This document shows positions 49,277-60,350 of a DNA stretch of 64,000 bases, in pieces. A program made the translations under genes and the position numbers. The DNA is from an uncultured Actinomycetes bacterium. GTDB lineage: Bacteria > Actinomycetota > Thermoleophilia > UBA2241. Positions within the stretch are counted from its first letter, which is position 1; every line of letters begins with the position of its first letter. The notes under the pieces were generated by a model, which saw nothing but the letters and a program-made list of their open reading frames with translations, was not told the origin of the DNA and did not search any database. The stretch is from positions 672,001 through 736,000 of the forward strand of contig CAVPVX010000007.1 in the NCBI GenBank assembly GCA_963709345.1, read 5' to 3'.

Positions 49277-49900
49277 TCACCTCCCGATGTCGGTGGTGGG
49301 GGTCGGGTCGGCGGTGGCCGGCCCAGCGACGGTATCGAGCGCGCGGAGCAGCGGCGAGGCGTCGGCGAGGCCGAGACGGCCGGCCGCCCGCGTGACGGCG
49401 GCGGGAACGTCCGCCTGGCGCGACCCTCCGAGGGCCGCGTCCACCTCGTCGAACAGCGCGGCGACCGCGGCGGGCTCGGCGCCGGCGTGCTGCGCCGCCA
49501 GCCCGCCCATCGTGTACGCCCACAAGGCGTCGTCGTCGGCGAACGGAGCCCGGCTGCCGCGAAGGTACGAGCAGGCGGCCATGAGCCGTGCCAGCAGGCC
49601 GACGGCGTCGATGTCGCCGCGCGCGGCGATACCGCGCAGGCCGCGCGCGTAGAAGTAGTCGCCGGCGAGCAGCCGTGCCGCAAGGTTATCCGCCTCCAGC
49701 GAAACCGCGCGGCTCTCACGGTAGTGGAGCAAGTACCCCTCGTAGATGAGCTCGATGGCGACGGCGAAGCCCGGGTCGATGCCGGCATCCAGCGTGGTGT
49801 ACAGCACGCCCCACCGGGGCTCGGGCGGCACGGAGAGGGGCGGGCCGAACTTCTCCCCGGCGTCGATCAGCGCCGCCGCCACGCCGGGAGCGATGTCCAT
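49277..49900 (-). CDS. Degenerate prenyl-synthase-fold protein (possible HepS-like small subunit)
   Basis: AIELIYEGYLLHY and LLAGDYFYARGL, without DDxxD motifs. Confidence 0.55.
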   Translation of the reverse strand: MDIAPGVAAALIDAGEKFGPPLSVPPEPRWGVLYTTLDAGIDPGFAVAIELIYEGYLLHYRESRAVSLEADNLAARLLAGDYFYARGLRGIAARGDIDAVGLLARLMAACSYLRGSRAPFADDDALWAYTMGGLAAQHAGAEPAAVAALFDEVDAALGGSRQADVPAAVTRAAGRLGLADASPLLRALDTVAGPATADPTPTTDIGR

Positions 49901-49902
49901 CG

Positions 49903-50553
49903 TCAGTCCTGTTCCCTGTCGAGGTAGAACGTCAACGACATCAGCTCGCTGGAGAGGTCGACCTGGCGCACAAGCACGCCCTCGGGCGTGGGAACCTTGA
50001 CCGGCGCGAAGTTGAGGATCGCCCGCACGCCGGCCGCGGCCAGCCGCTGGATCGTGGCCTCGGCCTCGGTCGCGGGCACCGTGACCATGGCGATGTCGAC
50101 CTTTTCGCGACGGCAGAACTCGTCAAGCTCCGTGATGCTGCGCACGCGTCCGTCGTCGCCCGCCGCGTACCGGGCGCCGATGACGGTGGCAGAGCTGTCG
50201 AAGATGCCCGCCACGCGAAAGCCCTGCTCGCCGAAGCCGCGGTACCGAGCGAGGGCGCGGCCCAGCTGCCCGGCGCCGATGATGACCACGTTCCATGTGT
50301 GATCGAGGCCGAGGCAGCGGGTGATCTCGTCGACCAGCAGCGGCACCTCGTAGCCCACGCCGCGTGTGCCGAACTCGCCGAAGTACGAGAAGTCCTTGCG
50401 GATCTGCGCGGCGTTCAGGTCGATCATCTCCGCGAGGTCCTTGGATGAGACGCGGTCGACACCCCTGGCGCGCAGCTCGCGCAGCTTGCGCAGGTACAGC
50501 GCCAGCCGGGGGACGGTGACGCTGGGGACGTCGTTCTTGTCGACGTTGCGCAC
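49903..50553 (-). CDS. rex: Redox-sensing transcriptional repressor Rex
   Basis: RLALYLR, QIRKDFSYFGEFGTRGVGY, GAGQLG, ILNFAP. Confidence 0.96.
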   Translation of the reverse strand: MRNVDKNDVPSVTVPRLALYLRKLRELRARGVDRVSSKDLAEMIDLNAAQIRKDFSYFGEFGTRGVGYEVPLLVDEITRCLGLDHTWNVVIIGAGQLGRALARYRGFGEQGFRVAGIFDSSATVIGARYAAGDDGRVRSITELDEFCRREKVDIAMVTVPATEAEATIQRLAAAGVRAILNFAPVKVPTPEGVLVRQVDLSSELMSLTFYLDREQD

Positions 50554-50555
50554 GG

Positions 50556-51848
50556 TCAGGCCTCCGCCGCGATGAACCACTCGCACGCCGCCGCGGCGGC
50601 GTGCTCGAGGTCGGCATCGGTGAGCGCCAGCGAGATCATCGCCGCCTCGAACTGCGACGGGGCGAGGTAGACGCCGCGCTCGAGCATGTGACGCCAGTAG
50701 GAGGCGAAGGCCGCGGTGTCGGCGGCCTTCGCCTCGGCGAAGCTGCGCACCGGCCCTTCACAGAAGAACACGGTGAGCATCGGGCCGACGCGGTTGATGG
50801 TCACCGCGCGGCCGGCGGCCTCCGCCGCGGTGCGCAGACCGTCGACGGCCCGGGCGGCGAGCGCCTCGAGGCGCTCGTAGGTGTTCGGTTCGCCGAGCAC
50901 GCGCAGCGTGGCGGCTCCGGCCGCCATCGCCAAAGGGTTCCCCGAGAGAGTGCCCGCCTGGTAGGTGGAGCCGAGCGGCGCGACCGTCTCCATGATCTCA
51001 CGGCGGCCGCCGAAGGCGCCAACCGGGAGACCGCCGCCGATGATCTTGCCGAGTGTCGTGAGGTCGGGGGTCACGCCGAAGCGCTCCTGGGCGCCACCCC
51101 AGGCGACGCGAAAGCCGGTGATGACCTCGTCGAAGACGAGCACGGCCCCGTACTCGGTGCAGAGATCGCGGCAGGCCTCCAGGAAGCCCGGCTCCGGCGG
51201 CACCACGCCCATGTTGCCGGCCACCGGCTCCACGATGAGAGCGGCGATCTCCTCGCCGCGCGCCGCGAACAGGTCCGTGAGCGCGGCGACGTCGTTGTAC
51301 TCCACGAGCAGCGTATCGGCGGTCGTGCTCCTCGTGACTCCCGGGCTGTCGGGCAGCGCCAGCGTGAGCGCCCCGCTGCCGGCGGCGGCCAGGAACCCGT
51401 CGGAGTGCCCGTGGTAGCAGCCGATGAACTTGACGATCTTCTCGCGGCCGGTGAAGCCGCGGGCGACGCGCACGGCGCTCATCGTCGCCTCGGTCCCGGA
51501 GTTGACCATGCGCACGAGCTCGACGGAGGGCACCGCCTCGCAGATGAGGCGTGCCAGCTCGACCTCCAGCTCCGTGGGCGCGCCGTAGCTGGTGCCACGG
51601 TCCACCTGCTCCTTGAGCCGGCCGACCACCTCGGGGTGCCCCCAGCCGAGGATCATCGGACCCCACGACGAGACGAAGTCGACGAACTCGTTGCCGTCGG
51701 CGTCCCAGATGTGCGCGCCCTCGGCCCGGGCCATGAAGAGAGGGTGCGGCACGCCGACGCCCTTCATGGCGCGGACCGGCGAGTTGACCCCGCCCGGGAT
51801 GTAGAGCTGCGCCTCGGCAAAGAGACGAGCGGAGGTTTCGGTGTTCAC
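50556..51848 (-). CDS. hemL: Glutamate-1-semialdehyde 2,1-aminomutase
   Basis: PGGVNSPVRA, NSGTEAT, FDEVITGFR, GKIIGGGLP, GTLSGNP. Confidence 0.97.
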   Translation of the reverse strand: MNTETSARLFAEAQLYIPGGVNSPVRAMKGVGVPHPLFMARAEGAHIWDADGNEFVDFVSSWGPMILGWGHPEVVGRLKEQVDRGTSYGAPTELEVELARLICEAVPSVELVRMVNSGTEATMSAVRVARGFTGREKIVKFIGCYHGHSDGFLAAAGSGALTLALPDSPGVTRSTTADTLLVEYNDVAALTDLFAARGEEIAALIVEPVAGNMGVVPPEPGFLEACRDLCTEYGAVLVFDEVITGFRVAWGGAQERFGVTPDLTTLGKIIGGGLPVGAFGGRREIMETVAPLGSTYQAGTLSGNPLAMAAGAATLRVLGEPNTYERLEALAARAVDGLRTAAEAAGRAVTINRVGPMLTVFFCEGPVRSFAEAKAADTAAFASYWRHMLERGVYLAPSQFEAAMISLALTDADLEHAAAAACEWFIAAEA

Positions 51849-51961
51849 TCGGGTCCTCCCTGAGCGTGAGAAAGCCTGTGCGAGACTGTGGACTATACTA
51901 CGTGCCTCGGGGCTGCCTGTGCCTCGGGGCACAATGTACCCGATATTCGCGAGGGGGCAGC

Positions 51962-52402
51962 ATGACCGTGACGATTCGCCACGCCGGTCCCGGCGACGAG
52001 CCCGCCGTCGTCGATCTGGTCCAGGAGATGGCCGTCGCCGAAGACTACCCGACGACGGTCGACGAGCACTACGTGCGCCACTTTCTCGCGTCGCCGGTCA
52101 GCGGCGTGCTGCTGGCCCTCGACGACGGCGCGCCCGTCGGTCTGCTCAGCTACGCCGTAGTGCCGGAGCTCTTCCACGCGGCCGACTCCGCCCTCATCGA
52201 GACGCTCATCGTGACGGAGGGCCGGCGAGGCGAGGGCATCGGGCGGCAGCTCGTCGAGACGGCGGTCCGCCTTTTCCGCGAGGCCGGTTGCGCCGAGGCC
52301 TCGGTGAGCACCGGCGCCGACAACGCGGTCGCCCAGAAGCTGTACTGCGATGCAGGGCTGACGGAGGCGTCGGTGCTCCTGGAGGCTCATTTCAGAGACT
52401 GA
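51962..52402 (+). CDS. GNAT family N-acetyltransferase
   Basis: RRGEGIGRQLV, NAVAQKLY; GAGGGGG RBS. Confidence 0.85.
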   Translation: MTVTIRHAGPGDEPAVVDLVQEMAVAEDYPTTVDEHYVRHFLASPVSGVLLALDDGAPVGLLSYAVVPELFHAADSALIETLIVTEGRRGEGIGRQLVETAVRLFREAGCAEASVSTGADNAVAQKLYCDAGLTEASVLLEAHFRD

Positions 52403-52501
52403 CTGCACCAAGTCTTACCCTCGACTCGAACGTTAGACTTATCGAGCAAGGCATCCGGTCTTTCCGCTCGTGGCCGGACCTGAAGGCGCCGGAGGGCGCG
52501 G

Positions 52502-53638
52502 TCAGCCGCTCGCCGGCGCACACCAGCCCTTGGGCACGTAGGCGCAGTAGGGCTCCTCGGCCATGTAGTCGCCGGTCGCCTCGTAGGCCCGCGCGCGGCA
52601 GCCGCCGCAGACCTTCTTGTACTCGCACACGCCGCACTTGCCCTTGAGCCCGTCGAAGTCGCGCAGCTCGTTGAAGAGCGGCGAGTCGCGCCAGACCTCG
52701 GGGAACGGCTGCTCGAGCACGTTGCCGGCGACCTTGTCGAAGTAGCCGCAGCCCTGCACGTCGCCGACGTGGCTGATGAAGCAGAAGCCGATGCCGGCGA
52801 GGCAGCCGCGGCTGAGCGTGTTCATGCCGCCATGACTGTGCGGGTGCACCTCGATCTTGCGGCCCTGCGCCTTGGCGCGCTGGCGCATGACGCGCCAGTA
52901 GTGCGGCACGTCGGTCGGCTTCATGAACAGATCGCTCTCCTGCTGCGCGTCATACATCCACTCGAGCGCGCGCTCGTACTCCTCCGGCGGCAGCTCCTGC
53001 TCCTCGAGCTCCTTGCCGCGTCCGGTGGGCACCAGCATGAACGGGTGGAAGCTGACGGCGCCGAGGTCGTCGGCGAGTTGCAGGAGGGCCGGAAGGTGGT
53101 GCACGTTCAGTTTCGTGATCGTCGAGTTGATCTGCACCTCTACGCCGGCGTCGAGACACGTGCGCACTCCGCGCACGGCGCCGTCGAAGGCGCCGGGGAC
53201 GCCGCGGAACTCGTCGTGCTCCGCGCCGTTCGGGAAGTCGATCGAGATGCTGACGCGGGCGATGCCGACGTCGTGCATGCGCCGCGCGACCTCGGGAGTG
53301 ATCAGGGTCCCGTTCGGCGACATCACCGTGCGCAGGCCCTTGCCGACGGCACGCTCGGCGATGTCGAAGACGTCGGGGCGCATGAGCGGGTCGCCGCCGG
53401 TGAGGATCAGGATGGGGTTCGCGAACGAGGCGATCTGGTCGACCAGCGTGAAGGCCTGTTCGGTGGTGAGCTCGCCGGGGTACGGCCCGTGCACGGCGCT
53501 GGCGCGGCAGTGTTTGCAGGCGAGGTTGCAGCTGCGCGTGACCTCCCAGGCGATGACGCGCGGGGGCGCGCCGCCGCCCCCGGCGTCGCCGGGCTGCAGA
53601 TCCGCGCCGTGAGGGTTTTCAGCATGTGGATGGTGCAA
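52502..53638 (-). CDS. ahbD: Radical SAM/SPASM heme b synthase (AhbD/NirJ2-like)
   Basis: IAWEVTRSCNLACKHCRA, RGCLAGIGFCFISH, CGVCEYKKVCGGCRARA; heme gene context. Confidence 0.75.
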   Translation of the reverse strand: MHHPHAENPHGADLQPGDAGGGGAPPRVIAWEVTRSCNLACKHCRASAVHGPYPGELTTEQAFTLVDQIASFANPILILTGGDPLMRPDVFDIAERAVGKGLRTVMSPNGTLITPEVARRMHDVGIARVSISIDFPNGAEHDEFRGVPGAFDGAVRGVRTCLDAGVEVQINSTITKLNVHHLPALLQLADDLGAVSFHPFMLVPTGRGKELEEQELPPEEYERALEWMYDAQQESDLFMKPTDVPHYWRVMRQRAKAQGRKIEVHPHSHGGMNTLSRGCLAGIGFCFISHVGDVQGCGYFDKVAGNVLEQPFPEVWRDSPLFNELRDFDGLKGKCGVCEYKKVCGGCRARAYEATGDYMAEEPYCAYVPKGWCAPASG

Positions 53639-53749
53639 ACCGGACTCAGTGTGCCAGAGACGTCGGGGCGGCGCAACGCGTGCCTGCCGCTCCGCCTTTC
53701 GCCCCGGCGGACCGGGCCGGACCTGCCGCTCGGCGTCCGGCCCGAGCGG

Positions 53750-54721
53750 TCACGCCAGCCAGACGGCGATGTCCTTGGCGTGGTAGGTGATGATGAGGTC
53801 CGCGCCGGCGCGCTTGATGCCGGTGACGGCCTCCATGACGGCGCGCTGCTCGTCGATCCAGCCGTTGGCCGCCGCCGCCTTGATCATCGAGTACTCGCCG
53901 CTGACGTTGTAGGCGGCGAGCGGGAACTTCGTCTCCTGCTTCACGGCGTGGATGACATCGAGGTACGGCAGCGCCGGCTTGACCATGACGATGTCGGCGC
54001 CTTCTTCGATATCGAGCAGCGCCTCGCGCACGGCCTCCTCGCCGTTGGCCGGGTCCATCTGGTAGGTCTTCCGGTCGCCGAACGCCGGCGCCGATTCGGC
54101 CGCCTCGCGGAACGGCCCGTAGAAGGCCGAGGCGAATTTGCTCGAGTACGACATGATGATCGTATCGGTGAGACCGTCGTCGTCGAGCGCGTTGCGGATC
54201 GCGGCTACGCGGCCGTCCATCATGTCGCTGGGCGCGACGATGTCGGCGCCGCTCTCGGCGTGGGTGATCGCCATCTTGGCGAGCAGCTCGAGCGTGACGT
54301 CGTTGACGATCTCGCCCTCCTGGATGACACCGCAGTGGCCGTGGTCCATGTACTCGCACAGGCAGACGTCGGTGATCACGACCAGATCGGGGAACTCGTC
54401 CTTGATGGCGCGCACCGCCATCTGGATCACACCCTCCGAGTCGTAGGCGCCGCTGGCGGCCGAGTCCTTGTGCGACGGGATGCCGAAGAGCAACACGGCG
54501 GGGATCCCAAGGCGGACGATCTCGCGCACCTCGGGCAGGAGGTTGCCGATCGAGAGCTGGAAGCAGCCGGGCATCGACGAGATCGGCGTCTTGAGATTCT
54601 CACCGGCGATCACGAACAGCGGGTAGATGAGGTCCTCGATGTGGAGCTTGGTCTCACGGACCATGGAGCGGATCGCCGGCGTGCGGCGCAGGCGCCTCAT
54701 GCGGTAGCTGGGGTAGTACAT
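53750..54721 (-). CDS. hemB: Porphobilinogen synthase
   Basis: [35 protein letters not shown]. Confidence 0.97.
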   Translation of the reverse strand: MYYPSYRMRRLRRTPAIRSMVRETKLHIEDLIYPLFVIAGENLKTPISSMPGCFQLSIGNLLPEVREIVRLGIPAVLLFGIPSHKDSAASGAYDSEGVIQMAVRAIKDEFPDLVVITDVCLCEYMDHGHCGVIQEGEIVNDVTLELLAKMAITHAESGADIVAPSDMMDGRVAAIRNALDDDGLTDTIIMSYSSKFASAFYGPFREAAESAPAFGDRKTYQMDPANGEEAVREALLDIEEGADIVMVKPALPYLDVIHAVKQETKFPLAAYNVSGEYSMIKAAAANGWIDEQRAVMEAVTGIKRAGADLIITYHAKDIAVWLA

Positions 54722-54864
54722 GTGGAGGAGTCCTTTCTTCGTGCGGGCGCAAACGGGGCCCGCCTGCGCCCGCAATCTTCGCGCGCGCGGCCGGTGATGA
54801 CAAGCGTGGTACGGCGCGAAGCGGCGGACAGCGCGGCGGCGGCGCCCTGCGGGCCCGCCGCGCC

Positions 54865-56142
54865 TCAGCCCGCAGGCGACGCGGCCGCCAGCTCCAGCGC
54901 CGCGCGGACCACCCTGGTGACCGACTCGCGGTCGCGGAGATGGCAGGACAGCACGGGAATCGACGCGCCGAGTCCAAGCGCCCTCGCGATCTGTTTCGGC
55001 GTCAGCTCGTCGTCGGCCATCGAGACGTAGGTGGCGACGACGAAGGGGACGTCGCCCATGCTCTTGACGAAGCTCAGGTCCGCCTTCGTGGCGCGCAGGC
55101 TGTCGGCGTCGTTGGCGTTGGCGAGGATCACCCAGGCGGAGCTCTCGCCGGCGAGACGCCGCCACGCCTGCTCCGGGCAGGACGAGGCGGCGGTGAAGAC
55201 CAGCGCGTCACCGGCGGACGACCCTGCCCCGCGCTCGTCGCCGTTCTCGGCCGCGGGCAGCTGGCCGGCGACCACGGGAATCTCCATCTCTTTGTCGTCG
55301 ATGAGCTCCACGCGCAGCTGCTTGACGACGTTCGAGTCGGTGAGCGTGTTCAGGAAGACCTCGTTGTAGAGGTCGATCGGTCCGCGCACGGCCACGCTGA
55401 GCCCCTTGCCGATGCCCTCGATCACCGGTTCGCTCACGGTGATGAGCCCGCTCGAGTAGAGCCCGTGGATGACCTTGGCGCCGCGAAAGCGGTCGAGGCC
55501 GGAGTCGCGCAGGACGACGTTGATGTCGGCGCGCCCGTCGATGCGCACGACGACGCGCCACTCCTCGGCGGTCAGCCTGAGCTCGCCATCCTCCTCCACG
55601 CGGTCGCTGGTGGAGAGGTGCGGCACGCGCTCGAGCGAGCCGAGGTGCTCGAAGATGAGCGCCCACTCGTCGATGCGGCGGCAGCCCTCCATCACAACCG
55701 TCTCGACGCTCATCTCGACGAGGATGTCCTCCTGGGCGATGCTGTCGTCGACACCGAACTCGAACTCCCCGTCGGACCAGCTGAAGAAGTTGAAGGCGGC
55801 GTCCTGGATCTGCTCCCGCACCGCCTGCTCCAGCGTGGCGCGGTCGATGCGCCCCTTCTCGAGGAGGATCCCACCGATGCGTGCGCCCTCCCCGGCCTTC
55901 TTCTGCGCGGCGAGCGCCTGCTTGAGCTGGTCGCCGGTGATCGCACCCGCCTTGACGAGCCGCTCGCCGAGCGGCAGCTGCTGCGGCACCGAGAACGCGT
56001 AGCAGATCATCCCGTTGCGGAAGAAGATCTTGCCCCACTCGCCTTCCCGGCGGATGGTGAGCGAACCGCTCTTGGCGCTCATCTTCACGAGCTGGAAGAT
56101 GTTGGGGAGACTGAACTCCTGCAGGTTGCCCTGGAGCAGCAC
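54865..56142 (-). CDS. DUF4388 (PatA-N-like) protein with a C-terminal degenerate small-GTPase-like domain
   Basis: [35 protein letters not shown]; C-terminus VPFVVA...ALGL...[13 protein letters not shown]. Confidence 0.75.
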   Translation of the reverse strand: MLLQGNLQEFSLPNIFQLVKMSAKSGSLTIRREGEWGKIFFRNGMICYAFSVPQQLPLGERLVKAGAITGDQLKQALAAQKKAGEGARIGGILLEKGRIDRATLEQAVREQIQDAAFNFFSWSDGEFEFGVDDSIAQEDILVEMSVETVVMEGCRRIDEWALIFEHLGSLERVPHLSTSDRVEEDGELRLTAEEWRVVVRIDGRADINVVLRDSGLDRFRGAKVIHGLYSSGLITVSEPVIEGIGKGLSVAVRGPIDLYNEVFLNTLTDSNVVKQLRVELIDDKEMEIPVVAGQLPAAENGDERGAGSSAGDALVFTAASSCPEQAWRRLAGESSAWVILANANDADSLRATKADLSFVKSMGDVPFVVATYVSMADDELTPKQIARALGLGASIPVLSCHLRDRESVTRVVRAALELAAASPAG

Positions 56143-56210
56143 GACACGCCTTTCGTGAGGGATGACCGCGGGCGCGCGTGGATCCGCGCACGGCGCGCGT
56201 CTCGTAACCT

Positions 56211-56237
56211 ACATCGGCAACGGCACCGACGACTTGA
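56211..56237 (-). promoter_or_regulatory. sigma28-like promoter upstream of the DUF4388 gene
   Basis: TCAAG-N14-GCCGATGT. Confidence 0.5.
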
Positions 56238-56239
56238 GG

Positions 56240-57681
56240 CTACGTCGCGGCGTCGCCGGCGGGCGCCGGGCGGGCGCCGTCGGGGCCGCGCGGCGTCACG
56301 CCGGGATCGCGGGTGGGACCCTCGGGACCGCGGTGCGAGCCGCCGACCTCGACGGCTTCGCCGAGGGCGTCGCCCGCGGCCGGGCCGTCCGGCAGACACA
56401 CCGGCGCTTCGCAGCAGCCCCCGAGCAGGCGGCTGCGCCGCAGCGCGAGTGTGGCGCCGGCGGCGGTCGCAAGAGCGGCGACGCCGCCGACCGCGACCGC
56501 CCAGCGCACGCCAAACCCGCGCACCAGCAGCCCGGTGACCGGCCCGCCGATAGGCGTGCTGCCGAGGAAGACCATCGACCAGAGCGCCATCACGCGGCCG
56601 CGCATGGCGCCCTCCGCGTTGACCTGCAGCAGCGCGTTGGTCGTGCTGACGAACAGCACGCCGGCGCCGCCGAGCAGCACCAGCAGCGCAAGGGCGAAGT
56701 AGAACCCCGGCGCCACGGCAAGCGCTACCGTGACGACGCCGAACGCGAAGGTGCTGGCCATGAGCAGACCGACGAGAAGGCTGCCCTCGGCTCGCCATGA
56801 GCAGGGCGCCGGCGAGCGCCCCGACGCCCATGGCCGCGGAGAGCGCGCCGTAGGCGCCGCCGCCGCGGCCGAACACGTCCTTGGTGAGCAGCGGGAGGAT
56901 CACGGAGTAGTTGTAGGCGAGCGTGCTCACCACGGCCATCATGAGCAGCGGCACGCGCAGGGACGGCGTGCTCCACGCGTAGCGCAGCCCGGCGCGGACC
57001 TGGCCCGGCAGGCGGCGCACCGGCTTGCTGCCCTGCAGATCCCCCGTGCGCATCACCAGGAGCGCCACGATCACGGCGCCGAACGACACCGCGTTGATGA
57101 AGAAGCACGGCGACACCCCGACGCCGGCGATGAGCAGGCCGCCGATCGCCGGCCCGACGATGCGCGACGCGTTGATGATCACCGCGTTGAGCCCCACCGC
57201 GTTGGCGAGGTCGTCGGGGCCCACCATCTCGTAGACGAAGCTCTGGCGCGAGGGCATGTCCATGGCCACGGCGGCGCCCGTCAGGCCGGCGAGCACCCAG
57301 ATCATCCATACGGTAACGACGTCGGTGACCGTGAGCACGCCGAGGATGAGTGCAAAGACCGCCGCCACGGACTGAGTGACGATGAGCAGCTTGCGCTTGT
57401 CCACGCGGTCGGCGAGCACTCCGGCCCAGGCGCCGAGCACCAGCACCGGCCCGAACTGAAGACCGACGGTGATCCCGAGGTCGACGCCGCTGCCGGTGAG
57501 CTGGAGGACCAGCCATCCCTGGGCGACGGACTGCATCCAGGTGCCGCTCATCGACACCACCTGGCTGATGAAGAACAGCCGGTAGTTGTAGATGCGCAGG
57601 GAGCGGAAGGTGCGGCGCAGCAGAGCCGGGCCGTCGCTCCGCCGCGGCCGCCCCGGCGTCTGCCCGGCGCGTGTCGCTCAC
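56240..57681 (-). pseudogene. MFS transporter (MFS_3-like) with frameshifts near 57625 and 56780
   Basis: RTFRSLRIYNYRLFFISQVVSMSGTWMQSVAQGWLV...MRGRVMAL split over three frames. Confidence 0.8.
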
Positions 57682-57712
57682 CTGCCCGCAGGCGCCCGGG
57701 AGACCGGCATCG

Positions 57713-57961
57713 TCACCCGCGCCGGAGGTACACGAGGTCCGCGCGCGAGACGACCTTGATCCCCGTGCCGGACGCCGCCGCCGCCTTGCGCAACCCGAGG
57801 GCCAGCGCCTGCGGCTTGCGCCCCGGCATCTCGACCAGGACCGAGGGCAGTCCCGAGGCGACGAAGTCCGCGACCGCCTCGGCGTAGACGCCGGAGCCGC
57901 GGCCACGCCGCGGCGGCACCTCGGCGGGGACGAGCTTGTAGGGCTTCGCGGTGCGGGACAT
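57713..57961 (-). CDS. Small basic hypothetical protein (82 aa)
   Basis: GGAGGT RBS, ATG, high GC3; MSRTAKPYKLVPAEVPPRRGRGSGVY. Confidence 0.65.
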   Translation of the reverse strand: MSRTAKPYKLVPAEVPPRRGRGSGVYAEAVADFVASGLPSVLVEMPGRKPQALALGLRKAAAASGTGIKVVSRADLVYLRRG

Positions 57962-58118
57962 GGACGGCACCTCCAGTGGGCGTCTTCCGGCCGTCGCGCG
58001 GCCATGCGACGTGCCGGTTGAGTCTACGTCAGACCGCTTGCGGGAACAGCGTCGGGTGAGGAGACCTGCCGGGCGGGCGCGGCGGAGCGCCCGGCCCGCC
58101 CCACCGAAGGAGTCGCCG

Positions 58119-58502
58119 ATGACCCTCAAGAACGAGACGCTGGTTCCCCTCTTCGCCGAGGCGAAGGCGCTGCTGACGCCCTACGCGGAGGATTTCACGG
58201 CGCGCCGCGACGAGCCCGGGTACTACGACCTCTGGTCCGAGAAGGACGTCGTGGTCGCCGGGCGAAAGCGCAAGGATGTCTTCTTCGCCGGGCTCGCCAT
58301 CCGGAAGAGCTACGTCGGCTTCTACTTCATGCCGCTCTACGCCGACGAAGACCTGGCGAGCGTCTTCGGCCCCGAGTTGGTGGCAACGCTCAAGGGCAAG
58401 TCGTGCTTTCACATCAAGGTGCTGACGCCCGAGCTGAAGGAGCAGATCGCGGACGCACTCGCCGCGGGCTATCGCCTGTACGAGGAGCGCGACTGGGTGT
58501 GA
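58119..58502 (+). CDS. DUF1801/YdhG-like protein
   Basis: [29 protein letters not shown]; AAGGAG RBS. Confidence 0.7.
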   Translation: MTLKNETLVPLFAEAKALLTPYAEDFTARRDEPGYYDLWSEKDVVVAGRKRKDVFFAGLAIRKSYVGFYFMPLYADEDLASVFGPELVATLKGKSCFHIKVLTPELKEQIADALAAGYRLYEERDWV

Positions 58503-58651
58503 CCGCGGCGCCGCGGACCGCTCACAGGGGGCTCCGGGCCCCGAACCCCGGCCTTGACGCGGCGGCGCCACCGACGAACGATGAGGCGGTGAACGCGAGC
58601 GCGGCGGCGGCGCAGCCGCTCCGCCGATGCAGGAGCCCGGAAGGGGACGCC

Positions 58652-59649
58652 ATGAAGAAGCTCATCAACCGGCCGGAGGACGTCGTCAGGGAGGAGCTCG
58701 CGGGCATCGCTCTGGCGCACGCCGGCAAGCTCCGCGTCCATACCGATCCGCACTACATCGTGCGCGCCGACGCGCCCGTGGGGGGCAAGGTGGCGATCGT
58801 CTCGGGAGGCGGCTCCGGACACGAGCCCATGCACGGCGGCTTCGTCGGGCCGGGCATGCTCGACGCCGCCTGCCCCGGCGAAGTGTTCACGTCACCGACG
58901 CCCGACCCCATCCTGGAGGCGACGAAGGCCGTCGACGGCGGCGCCGGCGTGCTCCACATCGTCAAGAACTACACCGGCGACGTCATGAACTTCGAGATGG
59001 CCGCCGAACTGGCTGTGGCTGAGGGGATCACCGTCGAGCAGGTCGTGGTGGACGACGACGTCGCCGTTCGGGACAGCCTGTACACGGCCGGGCGGCGCGG
59101 CGTCGGGGCGACGGTGCTGGCCGAGAGGATCTGCGGAGCGGCGGCCGAGGCGGGCCGGCCCCTCGCAGAAGTGGCCGGCCTCGCGCGCACCGTCAACGCG
59201 TCCGCGCGAAGCATGGGCGTGGCCCTCACGTCGTGCACCACGCCCATGGCCGGCAAGCCCACCTTTGAGCTCGGCGACGACGAGATCGAGTTCGGCGTCG
59301 GCATCCACGGCGAGCCGGGGCGCGAACGGCGCGCGCCGGCCCCGGCCCGCGACATCGTCGACGCGCTGGCCACGGCGATCGTCGACGATCTGCCGTTCGC
59401 GCGGGGGGACCACGTCCTGGCCTTCGTCAACGGCATGGGGGGCACGCCGCTCATGGAGTTGTACGTGGTGTTCAACGAACTGCACCGATTCCTCGAGGGG
59501 CGGGGTATCACGATCGCGCGCAGCCTCGTCGGCTCGTACATGACGGCGCTCGACATGGCCGGCTGCTCGCTCACGTTGCTGCGTCTCGACGACGAGCTCA
59601 CGGCGCTCTGGGACGCGCCGGTTGACACACCGGGGCTGCGGTGGGGCGC

Positions 59650-59653
<4 letters not shown>
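58652..59653 (+). CDS. dhaK: Dihydroxyacetone kinase subunit K
   Basis: [28 protein letters not shown]. Confidence 0.96.
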
Positions 59654-60348
<695 letters not shown>

Positions 60349-60350
60349 CC

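Noticed and set aside
51850-51960. Rex operator upstream of hemL-rex
   Set aside because: No convincing TTGTGAA-N4-TTCACAA palindrome; only half-site-like TGTG words
52411-52441. Imperfect palindrome AAGTCTTA...TTAGACTT resembling a MerR-type operator
   Set aside because: Lies between convergent gene ends with no gene to drive and no clear -35; may be a terminator or a remnant
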